From contig AP026137.1 in assembly GCA_030295235.1 (NCBI GenBank), positions 744,001-808,000 on the forward strand: a stretch of 64,000 nt of DNA, given 5' to 3'. Source of the DNA: Fistulifera solaris. Its lineage: Eukaryota. Every line of letters starts with the position of its first letter. The first letter of the stretch is position 1. This document shows, one piece after another, positions 1 to 11,590 of this stretch. Under the pieces are notes generated by a model that worked only from the letters and a program-made list of their open reading frames with translations, did not search any database and had not been told where the DNA came from. Made by a program: the position numbers and the translations under genes.

Positions 1-1
1 G

Positions 2-783
2 CGAGTCACACGTGCCATGGTATTGTCCGTCCTACAAATGATTCATGTTTGGGTGGACCAGTTGGCGCAGGGCAGTGACAACAATCTCGGAGCACAAAAG
101 GCGGGGACTGTTTGGGAAAAATGCAATGTGATTTTGGAAAACGACTTCCGCAAGGGAATCGGAATTGCATACGACGAGACTTGCTTACTTATATGAAAGA
201 TTGTGCCGATACCATGACAGAATTTCAAGATTTGATTGACCAGGGACCGTCCACTGCGGAACGAGCGGAAGTTCTCGACACCAATGATACTGATTTTTCG
301 GTTTTGCACATGTTACAGCAAGCCTTAGACGGAGACGAAAGCACTTATACCGAGAACGAGCTTCCAGTCGCCACGGCCACTCTCTACCTAATCAAGCTAT
401 CTCGCGGTTGCATCAATTTATCGATGCAGTGCATGGAGGAGATCACGGGATATGCAGCTGATCATGAAGAAGTAAGTCGACTTGATTGGATATCCAAGTT
501 GTATGACTTGGCACATGATGTGGGCGTTGGGGTGACCGATCTCGGGGCGACAATGTACCCGCCATTACAAGTCAGTTCTCTCAAGGAGCAAGTCGAACAC
601 CAATGCACCGTAATACGGAATCTTTTATCGTGTGTTTCCGAGCTCAGAGAATTTATTCGAAAAGCGACCAATTCGAATCAGACGTTGTCCTTGGATACAA
701 TTTCATTGTTTTCAAAACTGGAGACTGCATTTCAAAAACGGCACGGAGAAGCAATGCATGCTATTGAAATGTTCACTTCATGA
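2..783 (+). CDS. 3' part of a cyclin-D1-binding protein 1 / GCIP-family protein (5' end outside the window)
   Basis: Frame from base 2 (RVTRAMV...AQKAGTVWEKCN) joins ORF 112-783 (LPQGNRNCIRR...VTDLGATMYPP) across a 1-nt slip in the A-run at ~137-141. The GxVWExC / LPxxN / DLGAxxYPP pattern is typical of GCIP. Confidence 0.6.
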
Positions 784-1698
784 TTACCTGATATTTCTTC
801 GTTCGGTTGATAATGCATGGCGTCTACCAACGTGAGATGAGGAGTTGATGGTTGCTAGATCTTAGCCCTGGACGATCATAGTTTTCCAAAGATCTCGCAT
901 GAGCAGGTACCGGTAAGATACGTTTGACTATAAGTTTTGATACCACTTTAATTTATTCAAAACAGAACGTACACAAACGCTTATACTAGAGATGTTGATA
1001 GATGTTCTATGTTATGCTCGTGTACCTGGTGTTTTTGTGCGTGACCTTCGCAAAGGTCGAATGCAAACGGGGGCGGAGAATGACGAAAGGATTGAGTATC
1101 GATCAACGATCGATCAATTCGATGTTTTCTTCCACTTCTCCGTTAACAAAGCCATCAAACGCGTCGTTTTATCACAAGAAGAGTCCAAACGAGATCCGGG
1201 AGACCTAGATGTATCCATCGAAGGCTTTTAGTCGATCGGATAATCTAGTAAGGGTCATTCAGGTGATTTTGACGCTCCGACGGAAACGCAACAAAATGAC
1301 GCAACAAGCTTGGAATACGGCCGTAATGGGTCTATGCCTTACCGCGATTTGCTTAGTGGGATTTTTCTTCCTTTCGGCTGGAAACAACGCAGAAAACGCG
1401 CAATCTTTCACTCATTCAAAAGGACAGAGTTCACGAAGTCGTCACCGAATTATGCAGTAAAATCCCAGACTCGTTTCGTTTCTTTGTGGAGAGTCTTTGC
1501 AACATTTTCAGCAACTACATGAATGAAAGGTTTAGAAAGGCTAAAACAGAACTGATGGAAGACGTAGTTGACATGACGATCGTTAATCATGCTGGTTCCT
1601 GTCAATGCGAAGCTGTTACGTTTATGGTACGTTAAGATTGAAATGGGGCCGAGTGAGTTATGTAATTACTTTCACTGACCTGAAATGTACTTTGATAG

Positions 1699-2925
1699 AT
1701 GGAAGCCCCACGCAGTCTAAAGATCGAACCGCCGTCGATGAAAGGCGCACACGATGATGACGCCTTGGATTTGAATAGTTTTCCCAAAACGATTGTGCAA
1801 CAAAAACATTTTTCTCTGATCCAGGGAAAAGAAAACATTCGCAGCTACCAAAAGCCATTCAAACCCAAAGAAACAGAATATCATCATGCGCTAGCCGTTT
1901 ACGCCTTTTCGCACCGTTCGAAGCGTGATCAAGCGCTCAATCCGAACACGATCCAAACGTTTTGCGGGCTGTGCGGAACACAATTGGTGTGGAAGCCTCA
2001 CCACAAACGAGACGCTCATCCTTTGCTTCACGTCAATGTTCACTGCCTCAAATCAAGCTGGATACCCCTACCCGAAACAGAGCATCACTTGGCCAACCAA
2101 AAAACTGTCACTTTGTCAAGAAAGTCTGTAACACTCGATATACAAAAGCGCAGAGATTCGTCCGGTGAGTTGTCCACAATTCCTTCAACTGTATCCAGTG
2201 CGACCTCCAGCGTGCACAGCGAAAAAGAGGAAAACAAACTCGTTCATACGGAAGCGTCAACAACTTCGGAAGACGGTTTAGAAAAGGCCAAGTACGACAG
2301 CACAGTGCACGATCCTTCGGAGCAAAAATTGCACTCATTTTCAAGTGTTGAAGGGGAAGATATGGAGCGATCCGTTTGCTCTGAAACAGCTTCGACTGTA
2401 ACAACTTCATCTATGTCCATGACAAGTGGATGGCGTCTTCGCGATCCCAACGGGGTTTGGAATTCCATGGGGTCGGCAACATCTACGAACTCCAAAATTA
2501 GCTTAGAAGACAGGCTTTGTGACAAAGACTCACAAGATGCTTTGTTGTTTCAGATGCGCAAGCATCTTTCTAGTCACACGAGTCCGCGAAATGCACTTCT
2601 CAAATCATTGGACGGTGACGAGGATGAAAGCGACTCTCGATCGAACGATGACGAAAAGTCAACCGCCACTTCGGTGACAGACAATATACCCGCTACTCCT
2701 GCTACAAAGAGAAAAACAACCCCCATGTCAAACACAAAGAAAAGTCTGTTTGGTAGTGGATTAAGATCTAAAGCAGCAAAGGTAGTTGACGATGACAGCA
2801 GCGCTTCCGTGGTGTCTGCCCTCGATAACGAAAGTCCGGGCTTCATCCCACCCTTATCTTCCCAAAGTCAAGTTTACGAGCCGCCCTCCATCTTTTTCAA
2901 CAAATTGCTTCGACCAACAAGATAG
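1699..2925 (+). CDS. Hypothetical protein with a partial GFA/CENP-V-like zinc motif and a long Ser/Thr-rich disordered tail
   Basis: 408-aa ORF. QTFCGLCGTQL...LHVNVHCL resembles the C-terminal half of the GFA/Mss4-like fold. Confidence 0.5.
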   Translation: MEAPRSLKIEPPSMKGAHDDDALDLNSFPKTIVQQKHFSLIQGKENIRSYQKPFKPKETEYHHALAVYAFSHRSKRDQALNPNTIQTFCGLCGTQLVWKPHHKRDAHPLLHVNVHCLKSSWIPLPETEHHLANQKTVTLSRKSVTLDIQKRRDSSGELSTIPSTVSSATSSVHSEKEENKLVHTEASTTSEDGLEKAKYDSTVHDPSEQKLHSFSSVEGEDMERSVCSETASTVTTSSMSMTSGWRLRDPNGVWNSMGSATSTNSKISLEDRLCDKDSQDALLFQMRKHLSSHTSPRNALLKSLDGDEDESDSRSNDDEKSTATSVTDNIPATPATKRKTTPMSNTKKSLFGSGLRSKAAKVVDDDSSASVVSALDNESPGFIPPLSSQSQVYEPPSIFFNKLLRPTR

Positions 2926-2978
2926 CTGCGCTTTATACCCGGAAAATATATAGAATTATTATGACAAGCAGCTAGCTT

Positions 2979-3557
2979 TTATGAATTGGCGTCTAGAACA
3001 ACTGTCGTTTCCAAGGGTCGTTCAAAAATGAGCACGGCTTCGTCCGTGCGAGTTTGTGTGTTGGAAATGAGAGCTTCCATAACTTCTTTCCACGTACGTG
3101 CGGTCATGACATCATACATGTAGCACTGCCATTTGATACTGCCTCCGACAAACGATCCCACCGTATTCGCGATGCTTTCCCCTCGTGGCAATCCAATCGC
3201 AAAGCGCGACGTGTACCTCAGAATATCCCCTTCTCGTTCTCCACCCGGTCCATCTTGAGTGCATAACACAAATCCCCGAGCCGGCGCGACGGCAATTTGA
3301 AACGGTACCCGATATCGAACGACAATGGCTTCCGAGGGCACGGCCAAGATAGAAGGAAATGTCACTTGCACGGCTTGATTGGACGTCGACGGTGGGAGTT
3401 CAAGGGGAATGGAAAATCGTTCACCAACGGCTTGTCTTGTTATGGAATTATTATTTCTTATTATTAGTTGTTTTCGATGTGCTATGAGAAAGCCACTGCC
3501 GAGATGTCGAGCGAGGAGCAGTGACCACGCAATCAGTTGCCTTACGGATAGTCTCAT
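2979..3557 (-). CDS. Hypothetical protein, probably plastid-targeted
   Basis: Within ORF 2979-3683, the internal Met gives MRLSVRQLIAWSLLLARHLGSGF, a signal peptide plus ASAF-like motif. The C-terminus ends ...AVLIFERP. Confidence 0.5.
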   Translation of the reverse strand: MRLSVRQLIAWSLLLARHLGSGFLIAHRKQLIIRNNNSITRQAVGERFSIPLELPPSTSNQAVQVTFPSILAVPSEAIVVRYRVPFQIAVAPARGFVLCTQDGPGGEREGDILRYTSRFAIGLPRGESIANTVGSFVGGSIKWQCYMYDVMTARTWKEVMEALISNTQTRTDEAVLIFERPLETTVVLDANS

Positions 3558-4251
3558 TATTTTCTTTATACCTGGTAACTGCATTGCAAACGAGGGCAAC
3601 CAAGATCGCTGAGCACGTGTGACTGAACCGAAAAGGAAATTTGTATACTTGGCGAAGGAATGAACGTAGGTAAAGTAAATCAAGCTGTAATCTAATTCAA
3701 TTCAAAAGAAATAAGCAAAGCCGACAACAACAACAAAAATGTTGTCGCATTCGTCACAGTGACAAGTATTATTACCGGTGTGTTGGTAGCACGGATTTAG
3801 CTACGCATTTTAGAAATTTTACTTTGTGCCCTATACAAGCTCATTATTATAGATCGCAATGTAGATTACTTTTTCTTGTGACTGTGTTTCAGCCATGAGT
3901 CCTGATTTATTTTCCTTCGATTGCATTCAACCAACAAAAAGCTATCAAACGTCTTTGTACAATTTGATTTGTGCAGTCATAGTTGAGAGGCTATGATTGA
4001 GAGGGTTTCGCAACTGCATTAGGTGGAAGCGATGACGGAGACCTCTATAACAGGTTGTGATGTTCACGACTCACGGGCCGTGACCCGTGACTGATAGCTT
4101 CTTTTCCGTCCTTCCTCCTCCTCCATCCGTTTTGATTTCTTTTATTGTTTTCTTTGCGGCACCATGAGCAAAGCAAATCCTTCTGTCAATTCTCGTTCTA
4201 CCGGCTGAGTTTCATTTCCTTTCTTATACATCAACAAGAAACACGGCGAAC

Positions 4252-5443
4252 ATGGTAGCAGGTGGCGTGTACGTTGTCAAAGAAAGCGGACTAGAGTTTC
4301 AGCAAAATCATCAAAGCGACGAATCACCCGTTTCTTCCGATGCCTATCTGAAGCAATTTAGGTGCGTTGTTGCATGGAATAACTGTAAAAGTGTCGTTCT
4401 TTTTACGTCAGATATACTCATATTACACACAGAGATGGTTTTGAAATGAGAATCTTGGAGCAAAACTCGCCCAACGAGTTGGTATTGGAACTACTGCACG
4501 TCGATACTTCCTTTGTCAACGCACTTCGACGCATTTTACTCGCCGAAGTTCCCACTGTCGCCTTGGAAAATATATTCATGTGGAATAACACCAGTATCAT
4601 TCACGACGAAGTTTTAGCCCACCGACTTGGATTGATTCCCTTGAATATAGATGCACGCTTATTGGAGGCACCCGATGAAGAAGATGATAGTCCCACCGAT
4701 CGCAACACGGTTGTCTTCCGAATGATGGTCAAATGCACCAAGCCACCCAAAGAAGAGGATGCGTTCATGAATGACAATGACGAAGAGACCCCCGTCGCCA
4801 GTAGAGATACCACCCTGTCACCCCCAGCCGCCGCGGCGGCGAGTCGTCCACCATCTTGTCCCAAGATCGTCCGTACACGAAGCACGTGTATTCACGGGAC
4901 TTGGAATGGGTACCCCAGGGAGATCAAGCGACCCGCTTTCCCCAAGGGTTACGCCCCATGCACGACGATATCCTCATTGCCAAATTACGCCCCGGACAAG
5001 CGATTGAATTGGAAGCGCACGGGCGAGTGGGAATTGGGAAAGACCATGCGAAGTATTCACCCGTAGCTACCGCGTCGTATCGACTCATGCCTCGGATTGA
5101 ACTGTTGGAAGATATTTACGACGAATTGGCGGAAGAACTTGTGCACGTCTACGAGCCGGGTGTCTTTGATTTGGTGCCGGTGACCGACGTTCCCGGACGG
5201 CGTTGTAAAGCAGTCTTGGTCAACCCGTACGCTTGCACCATGTCCCGCAATTATATGCGCAATCCTGCATTGAAAAAGGCGATTGCCATGAGTCGTATTT
5301 CCGATCATTTTATTTTTTCAATCGAATCCATTGGGATGTACAATCCGGCCGTCCTCGTCGCCGAAGCTCTTCGAATATTACAGCGCAAATGCACGCGACT
5401 CATGGATCTGATTGATGAAAGCCAAGACCAACCTGTAGCGTAA
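4252..5443 (+). CDS. POLR1C: DNA-directed RNA polymerase I/III subunit AC40 (RPAC1)
   Basis: Motifs VNALRRILLAEVPT, NNTSIIHDEVLAHRLGLIP, LIAKLRPGQ, GIGKDHAKYSPVATASYRLMP. GT-AG intron ~4362-4432. One frameshift near 4855. Confidence 0.95.
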
Positions 5444-5479
5444 TGAAAAAGTAAAAACATGAATTCTAGAGAAATTGCC

Positions 5480-6987
5480 TTATCGTATAATAACATAATC
5501 AGAAAAATAATATAGGAAATCGACGAGGCTCTCATCTGGAGACCGATTTCTTGCCCGGCTCTTTACTGCCTTACTTCCAAATCGGACTCCTCCGGCACGT
5601 GATAGCGTGCAATCTACGAGACCCAACTCTCGGGCACTCTCCGCCCAATAGGGAGTCTTCCCGCGCGACTTGTCGACGGCACGGCGGAGTTCCCATTCTT
5701 TCCGCACCGACGGAGGCAAGTTTTTACACTTGCTCAGGTGACATCTCGTCCAGTTGGTCACCAGTCGATAGATTTCGTTGCACGACTTGGGGTAAAAGAC
5801 GGCCATGGTCGCTTCATTCTCGCGTTTGGGGTCGTTCACCCGATTTGCGGCGCAGTGTACACACTGCAGTCCTATGCGTCCGGTCATTGTATTGGACGTT
5901 TCATCTTTTCCGGGTTCAATGACAAAGAGTTCAAGTAATTCCGATCGGATGAAACAATGGAGTGAATTCAGATGCAGATTGTCGGTCGGCAGCGCCAATC
6001 GCTTCGGATAATCGTCCGGGATGATACAAGGTGGCGGTCTGCTCGATGGACTACTCGGTTCTGTCGCTTCCTCTTCCAATGCAATGTCGTGATGAGGAAT
6101 GGCCCCCGGAATGGGCGATTTGGACGCCGAGTTGGATCGTAGACCCAAAAGGAGCGATGCATCTTGGACTGAAGGTGTCGCTTTTCCACTTTTGCCGGAA
6201 CACCATTCTCGACTTTGTGAAAGGCCGATGTACTGGAAGGCTCACGGAGTGTTTTACCGAAGGACTCTTCCAACCGCTGATTCATTGGAGGCTTGTTTTT
6301 CTGTTCCATCTTTTCGGTACGGATCTTGGGAGGTGCCGAGGAAGGAACTTGTTTCGTAGGAGGTGCCGGTGGAGGAGAAGGGGATCTCGGAGAGTTGTGA
6401 TGATCATCGGAGGATTGACTGTTCGCCATGACAATTTCCTGCATCCGATAGTGCATAGGGTCCGGTGGGTACGAGAACTCGGGGGTATTTCTCACCGGGC
6501 GATGGAAATGTCCGTGCGCCAAAGGTGTAGATTGATAGTTCATGACGTTCGGCTGATACGGATAATGATTCATGCCGTGAAATGGAGGAAAAGGACGCCC
6601 TTGACGTTGTGGATACATCATAGGATTGTGCATCTGCGGCATCATTCCTGAATATTGCCCATTGTAATTTCTCGGATGACTCGAAGGAGTCGAATGAGGA
6701 AATGCACCACCGCCGTAGGCGTGCATTTCACCCTGATGATGAAAAGCACGTTCGGGAGGCGAAGGACGTTGTGGGCGTCCCTCGTTTGGAGCATTGTATG
6801 TCCTCATCAATGGCAGAGCCATATCCGCCCGATGCGAAGATTTTGCCGCCAAAGAGTCCTGCTCTTGAGAACCGGCTTCCGGCCGACTCGGATACCGCGC
6901 ATTCACCGCTTGTAACGGTGCTCGCGGATAGGGAGCCATGTTGGAAGCGTTGTGAGCCGAATGCTGCATGCTCGACTCCGGTGTCAT
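5480..6987 (-). CDS. Hypothetical protein: Pro/His-rich disordered N-terminus plus a Cys/His domain (LHCFIR...GRIGLQCVHC...FYP...HLSKC) of a kind seen in diatom proteins
   Basis: ORFs 5968-7023 and 5480-6148 overlap and join via one frameshift near 6150. Confidence 0.6.
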
Positions 6988-7716
6988 GGTGCAATGGAGC
7001 CACCGCGCCTGTGAGAGAGACACCCAAAAAAGAGCCGGTGGCTTTGCGTTCTGTCAACCAGAGATAGCCACGCTAATAAATACCACCTATTCCTATGTAA
7101 CCAACGGTCTCTCTAATTGAATTAGAATAACGGAAACATTTTAAAAATACTTAGCGCGCAGGCATACCCCATTTCCTATATAAGGGTTTATTATTATCCC
7201 CGCCGTTACCTAAGATTTAGAAACAAATCTCGTTGCTCGTTGCTCCATAAAGACAGGACTGGTTTGAATGAAAAGTGTACTTTTGCTACTATAGTGAAGG
7301 AAATGTCTTTGTTAACGGCACTGAGCGGAATGGAGGGAGAGAGATATTGGAAATTGGCTGGAAATTGGTAGATATTCTTTCTCAAAACGATTCCAGATTC
7401 CTTTTATACGCGGTACGACTCTAATCCTCCCAACAACTTGAAGCTTGCTCGAAGATCGCAAAGAAGTCACGTAGACGAGGCACTGTGACGTGTCCGCTCT
7501 ACTCAGGGACAGATAGTGGACTTACCTTTCTCTCTCTTGTGGTCGTCGATGTTTTCGGGTCCGCAGGCAGGCCACTTGCGTCAGTTTCAAAACCATGTTC
7601 GTTGTGTGCGAGAGCGAGAGAGCCTTCTGTCGTCGCTGCGGAGGTTTCTCTATCTTCACACCCGAACGTAATTGTTGCGGCATTCTCGAGTCCTATTTAC
7701 ATCAAATTAATTCACC

Positions 7717-8465
7717 ATGAAGGTCTTATCTTCAATTGTTGCTCTCGTTGCCGCTAGTTCGGTTTCGGCTTTTGCTCCTTTGGCGACTCCTTCGAGCCGA
7801 TCGGTGGTCACCCAAATGGCCGCGTCCGAGGAGCTGTACATTGACGATGAGCGTCGTTTTATCATGAACTTGATCATGGTCGGTGCCGGAGGTTTGACGG
7901 TTCTAGGTCTGGGTGTTCCATACATTGCCTTCTTTGTTCCTCCTGGTTCCGGCGGTGGTTCGGGAGGTGTCCCCGCAAAGGATGCTTTGGGTAACGACAT
8001 TTTGTCGAAAGAATACCTTGCCGCAAAGCCGGCGGGAGATCGTTCTCTGGCGCAGGGTTTGAAAGGAGATGCTACGTAAGTTTTGTGTTGTTTTACTGCT
8101 ATTTGAGAATGATCTGTCGTATAGCCTTTTTCTTACACTCTTTTCTCATTCATCTTTTCAATAAAACCTTTTCTCATTTTAACAGTTACTTGATTGTCAA
8201 GGACGACAAGACACTCGAAAAGTACGGATTGAACGCCGTCTGCACTCACTTGGGATGTGTCGTCCCCTGGTCGGCGGCCAACAACAAGTTCATGTGCCCC
8301 TGCCACGGATCGCAATACGCCCCCGATGGTGCCGTGGTACGTGGACCGGCTCCGCTTCCTTTGGCCTTGGCGCACTGCGATATCGATGAAGCCAGCGACA
8401 AGATTCTGTTCAGTCCCTGGACAGAGACCGATTTCCGTACGGGAGAAAAGGGATGGTGGAACTAA
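7717..8465 (+). CDS. petC: Cytochrome b6f Rieske iron-sulfur subunit, nuclear-encoded and plastid-targeted
   Basis: VSAFAP presequence. Rieske motifs CTHLGC and CPCHGS, plus [11 protein letters not shown]. Intron 8076-8185. Confidence 0.97.
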
Positions 8466-8674
8466 GTCTACAGATTCTATCTTTAAAAAGTTACTCTACG
8501 TAAGCGAACGTTTGACCCCCCTCTTGGTGCTTTTGAATAACAATCTACAAGTACACTATAGCTCCCTTCCATATCCTTACAACATTTACTGTGCATCGTA
8601 AGCAAACGGCGTTCCTTATTCTTATTATCTATGATCTTCGTGAATAATTAATGTAACAACCTGCAATGATTACT

Positions 8675-10345
8675 TTAATTGTAAAACCCATCGTCCGCGT
8701 CTACTGCCGTGAAAGACTCGACCTTGGCTTTGGTCCCCGCGGGCATGATGTGCCCCGGTCCCACTTGACAGTCATTCAGATTGCAATTCTCGGCAATCCG
8801 AACTTGAGAAGCCACGACCGTGTTTTGCAAAATGGTGTTTTCACCAATCTCCACGTCTTCGATCAAGACGACATTGTTCAAACGACACTTGCTACCAATC
8901 TTGCATCCGCGGCCCACCACGGTGGATTTGAAGGTGACCTTGTCGCCAATTGTGCTTCCGGGAAGGACTACCGATTGGAATTTGGCGTTGGTTTCTGTTT
9001 GTGGCGCCAAATCCAAGAATTGTCGACCTGATGCGTGATGTTGTAAGGACGCGTTCAAACATTCGCGATTCGCGTACAAATAGGATGGAACGGAATGGGA
9101 CCGAAAGACCGAAGAAGCGGTCACGGTCGCCCGGACGGCATATTCTTGGCTCAATAACAATGATGAATCTTCGGAATGAGACGAATCATGAACTCCACCC
9201 TCCGGATCGTGCATGGCACCGTTGTCGTCTCCCGCACTGGTCAAAGATAACGGCTGACGCTTCTGCGACGGTTGTTTCAACAAGCGGAGAAGCGTTTCGG
9301 TTCTATCTCGATCCTCCGGTTTCAATGCACTACCAAACGTGGCAGCAATCCCCTTGTATTGACGACTGATCAACAACGGCAATAAATCCTCCTGAAGAGA
9401 AACCACCGTCGACGCTCGTGCTTGCAGCAACTGTCGAATCCACGGTGACAGGACATAGACATGTACATCATTCCAATCGAGACCCACTTGAACACGCCCA
9501 CCCGTAAGCCGTTGTCTGGGCAAAACGAATTTGGGAGACGCTCCCGTCATGTGCACATCTTCCTCCACATCCATCTTGGGTTGCTTGCTAATGAGGCGTG
9601 GCCCCGATGTTTGGAGACGATCATACGATAGTGCCACGTATTCAATTTCTTCCTCTTCACGTGCCAGACCGCCCTTCTTTTGCTTGGCCGATTCTTTGAG
9701 TGGCATCCCATTTTCATCCATTTCACATACATCCGTCAGCAATATAGTACAAGCCGCCTTGGGATGTTGGTTATTGAGACCCGAATTTCCTTGTCGATGT
9801 TGATGAATCAAGGTTTTCAAAGGTTGATCATCCAATACAACCAAATCTCCCGGAAAGAGAACCACATGACTGGATGGATGGACACACGGTCGCGATCCTC
9901 CTAGCCTTTGTTCAGAAAGTTGCGTCGCTTCGATTTGCCGTAATGCATCTCCGGAACCAGCACACGGTTCATGTAAACGCACTACCGTAATTTGACAACT
10001 TTGCAACTGGAATGAAACAGGAACGTTTCGTTGTTCCGCGGAAGCCAGAGGATCTTCCATAGGAAATTCCGTCGTTTCCTCCTCTTTGGGTCCTCCGACC
10101 AGTTGTTGTAACGACGGAATGGTGACGGCATCTTCCGCGGAAATCGCCACAACACATTCCGTAAAACCGGTCGATTGAATGACGCGTAGTAATCGATGCA
10201 ATAAAGGGACACCGACAATGGGCAATAAATGCTTCGGATGACGAAGAGATGTCAGAGGAAACAGACGAGTACCGACGGAACTAGCCAAAATGACGGCGGT
10301 AAATTCACAAAAGGAAGAATTGGAATTGCTATTGCCGGTCATCAT
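8675..10345 (-). CDS. EIF2B3: Translation initiation factor eIF2B gamma subunit
   Basis: Nucleotidyltransferase-like N-terminus (AVILASSVGTRLFPLT...PKHLLPI) and a C-terminal left-handed beta-helix (STVVGRGCKIGSKCRLNN). Confidence 0.85.
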   Translation of the reverse strand: MMTGNSNSNSSFCEFTAVILASSVGTRLFPLTSLRHPKHLLPIVGVPLLHRLLRVIQSTGFTECVVAISAEDAVTIPSLQQLVGGPKEEETTEFPMEDPLASAEQRNVPVSFQLQSCQITVVRLHEPCAGSGDALRQIEATQLSEQRLGGSRPCVHPSSHVVLFPGDLVVLDDQPLKTLIHQHRQGNSGLNNQHPKAACTILLTDVCEMDENGMPLKESAKQKKGGLAREEEEIEYVALSYDRLQTSGPRLISKQPKMDVEEDVHMTGASPKFVLPRQRLTGGRVQVGLDWNDVHVYVLSPWIRQLLQARASTVVSLQEDLLPLLISRQYKGIAATFGSALKPEDRDRTETLLRLLKQPSQKRQPLSLTSAGDDNGAMHDPEGGVHDSSHSEDSSLLLSQEYAVRATVTASSVFRSHSVPSYLYANRECLNASLQHHASGRQFLDLAPQTETNAKFQSVVLPGSTIGDKVTFKSTVVGRGCKIGSKCRLNNVVLIEDVEIGENTILQNTVVASQVRIAENCNLNDCQVGPGHIMPAGTKAKVESFTAVDADDGFYN

Positions 10346-10545
10346 GCGGATAAATTGATCTTCTAAATTAAGAGTAATCTTTCAATAAGATCTTTAAAAT
10401 AAATGTGGATGTTTTATTCCAACGAGATCATTCAACAACGCAACCCTTTTGTCGTCCTCGATCGTTTTGTGCGGTCGTCCCCACCAAAAGGAGCCGATTT
10501 CATGGAACGGGACTTAAATCAAGTTAAGTCACCTGGGCACAAACG

Positions 10546-11480
10546 TTCAGAAATTCTGGAAGCCTTTTAGGGTCAACCGAAAAATTAATCATCTGCTTCA
10601 AAAAATTCCAGAAAATCTGGAATAATTTGGACTCGTTTATATTTAATCAAACAGAAACTCTGATTGAATTCCAGATATTCTGGAATTGGTGTTTTGCGTC
10701 ACACAAAGGTTTTGCGGTTTGAGGAAGATCCAGAAAATCTGGAATCATCGGGTTTAGGGTCAAACCGATATTATGCTTACATTTCAAATACTTGCATTCT
10801 GGAATCGATAATTCGCCCCAGACAACGATTTTGTGTGGACGTTCCAGAAAATCTAGACTCGGCATTTTTCGTTCAAACAGAAATCCTGCTTCAATTCCAG
10901 ATATTCTGGAATTGGTGTTTTGCGTCAGACAAAGGTTTTGCGGACGATCCAGAAACTCTAAAGTCGGCGATTTTCGGTCAAAAAGAAGTTTTGTGCGACT
11001 TTCAGTTATTCTGGGTTGATGTTTTGCCTAAGACAACGAATTTGTGGACGCTCCAGAAATTCTGGAAGAATCGGAGTTTTGCGTCACACAATGATAATGT
11101 GTAATTTCCAGAAATTCTGGATTTAGAAATAGGGTCACACAGAAATTCTGTGAGTGGTCCAGAAATTCTGGACCACGGCGATTTTGGTTCAAACAGAAGT
11201 TCTATGCGACTTGCAGATATTCTAAAATAGATGCTTTGCGTTCAACCGAGACCTCGTGCCCATTACAGAAATCCTGGAATCGGTGTTTCGGTTTTAGCTG
11301 GGTTTTAGAGGACATCTTTTCCTAATTCCAGAAATTCTGGAATCGGAAATAGGGTCACACAGAAATTCTGTGAGTGGTCCAAAAAATCTGGATCACGGCG
11401 ATTTTGGTTCAAACAGAAGTTCTGTGCTGCTTTTCGTTGCAAAGAAATTATTTGTGCACATTCCAGAAATTCTGGAACCG
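10546..11480. repeat. Degenerate tandem array, ~50-60 bp unit with palindromic TTCCAGAAATTCTGGAA core
   Basis: The core recurs throughout. Near-identical blocks ~220 bp apart (10648-10717 vs 10873-10943; 11105-11202 vs 11326-11423) indicate a higher-order period. Confidence 0.9.
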
Positions 11481-11590
11481 GAATTTTTCGTCACAACAAT
11501 GACATCCTTAATGAGTTTTCAAGACAACCAAAGGATTGTTGGTAGAGGACAATGATTCTCTTTTTCGAATTAACAAGCGAGTAAGAAAGA

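Noticed and set aside
7467..7493. TGACGT (aureochrome/bZIP-like) boxes upstream of petC, also at ~20930 and ~44672
   Set aside because: A 6-mer is expected many times by chance in 64 kb, so it cannot be supported from sequence alone.
10664..11104. ORFs within the satellite arrays (10664-11104, 46853-47194) and antisense ORFs overlapping real genes
   Set aside because: By-products of repeats or of codon structure on the opposite strand, with no recognisable motifs.
10546..11480. CRISPR-like appearance of palindromic repeats with spacers (also 46833-47890)
   Set aside because: The linkers are homologous to each other, the repeats are degenerate, there are no cas genes, and the context is eukaryotic.
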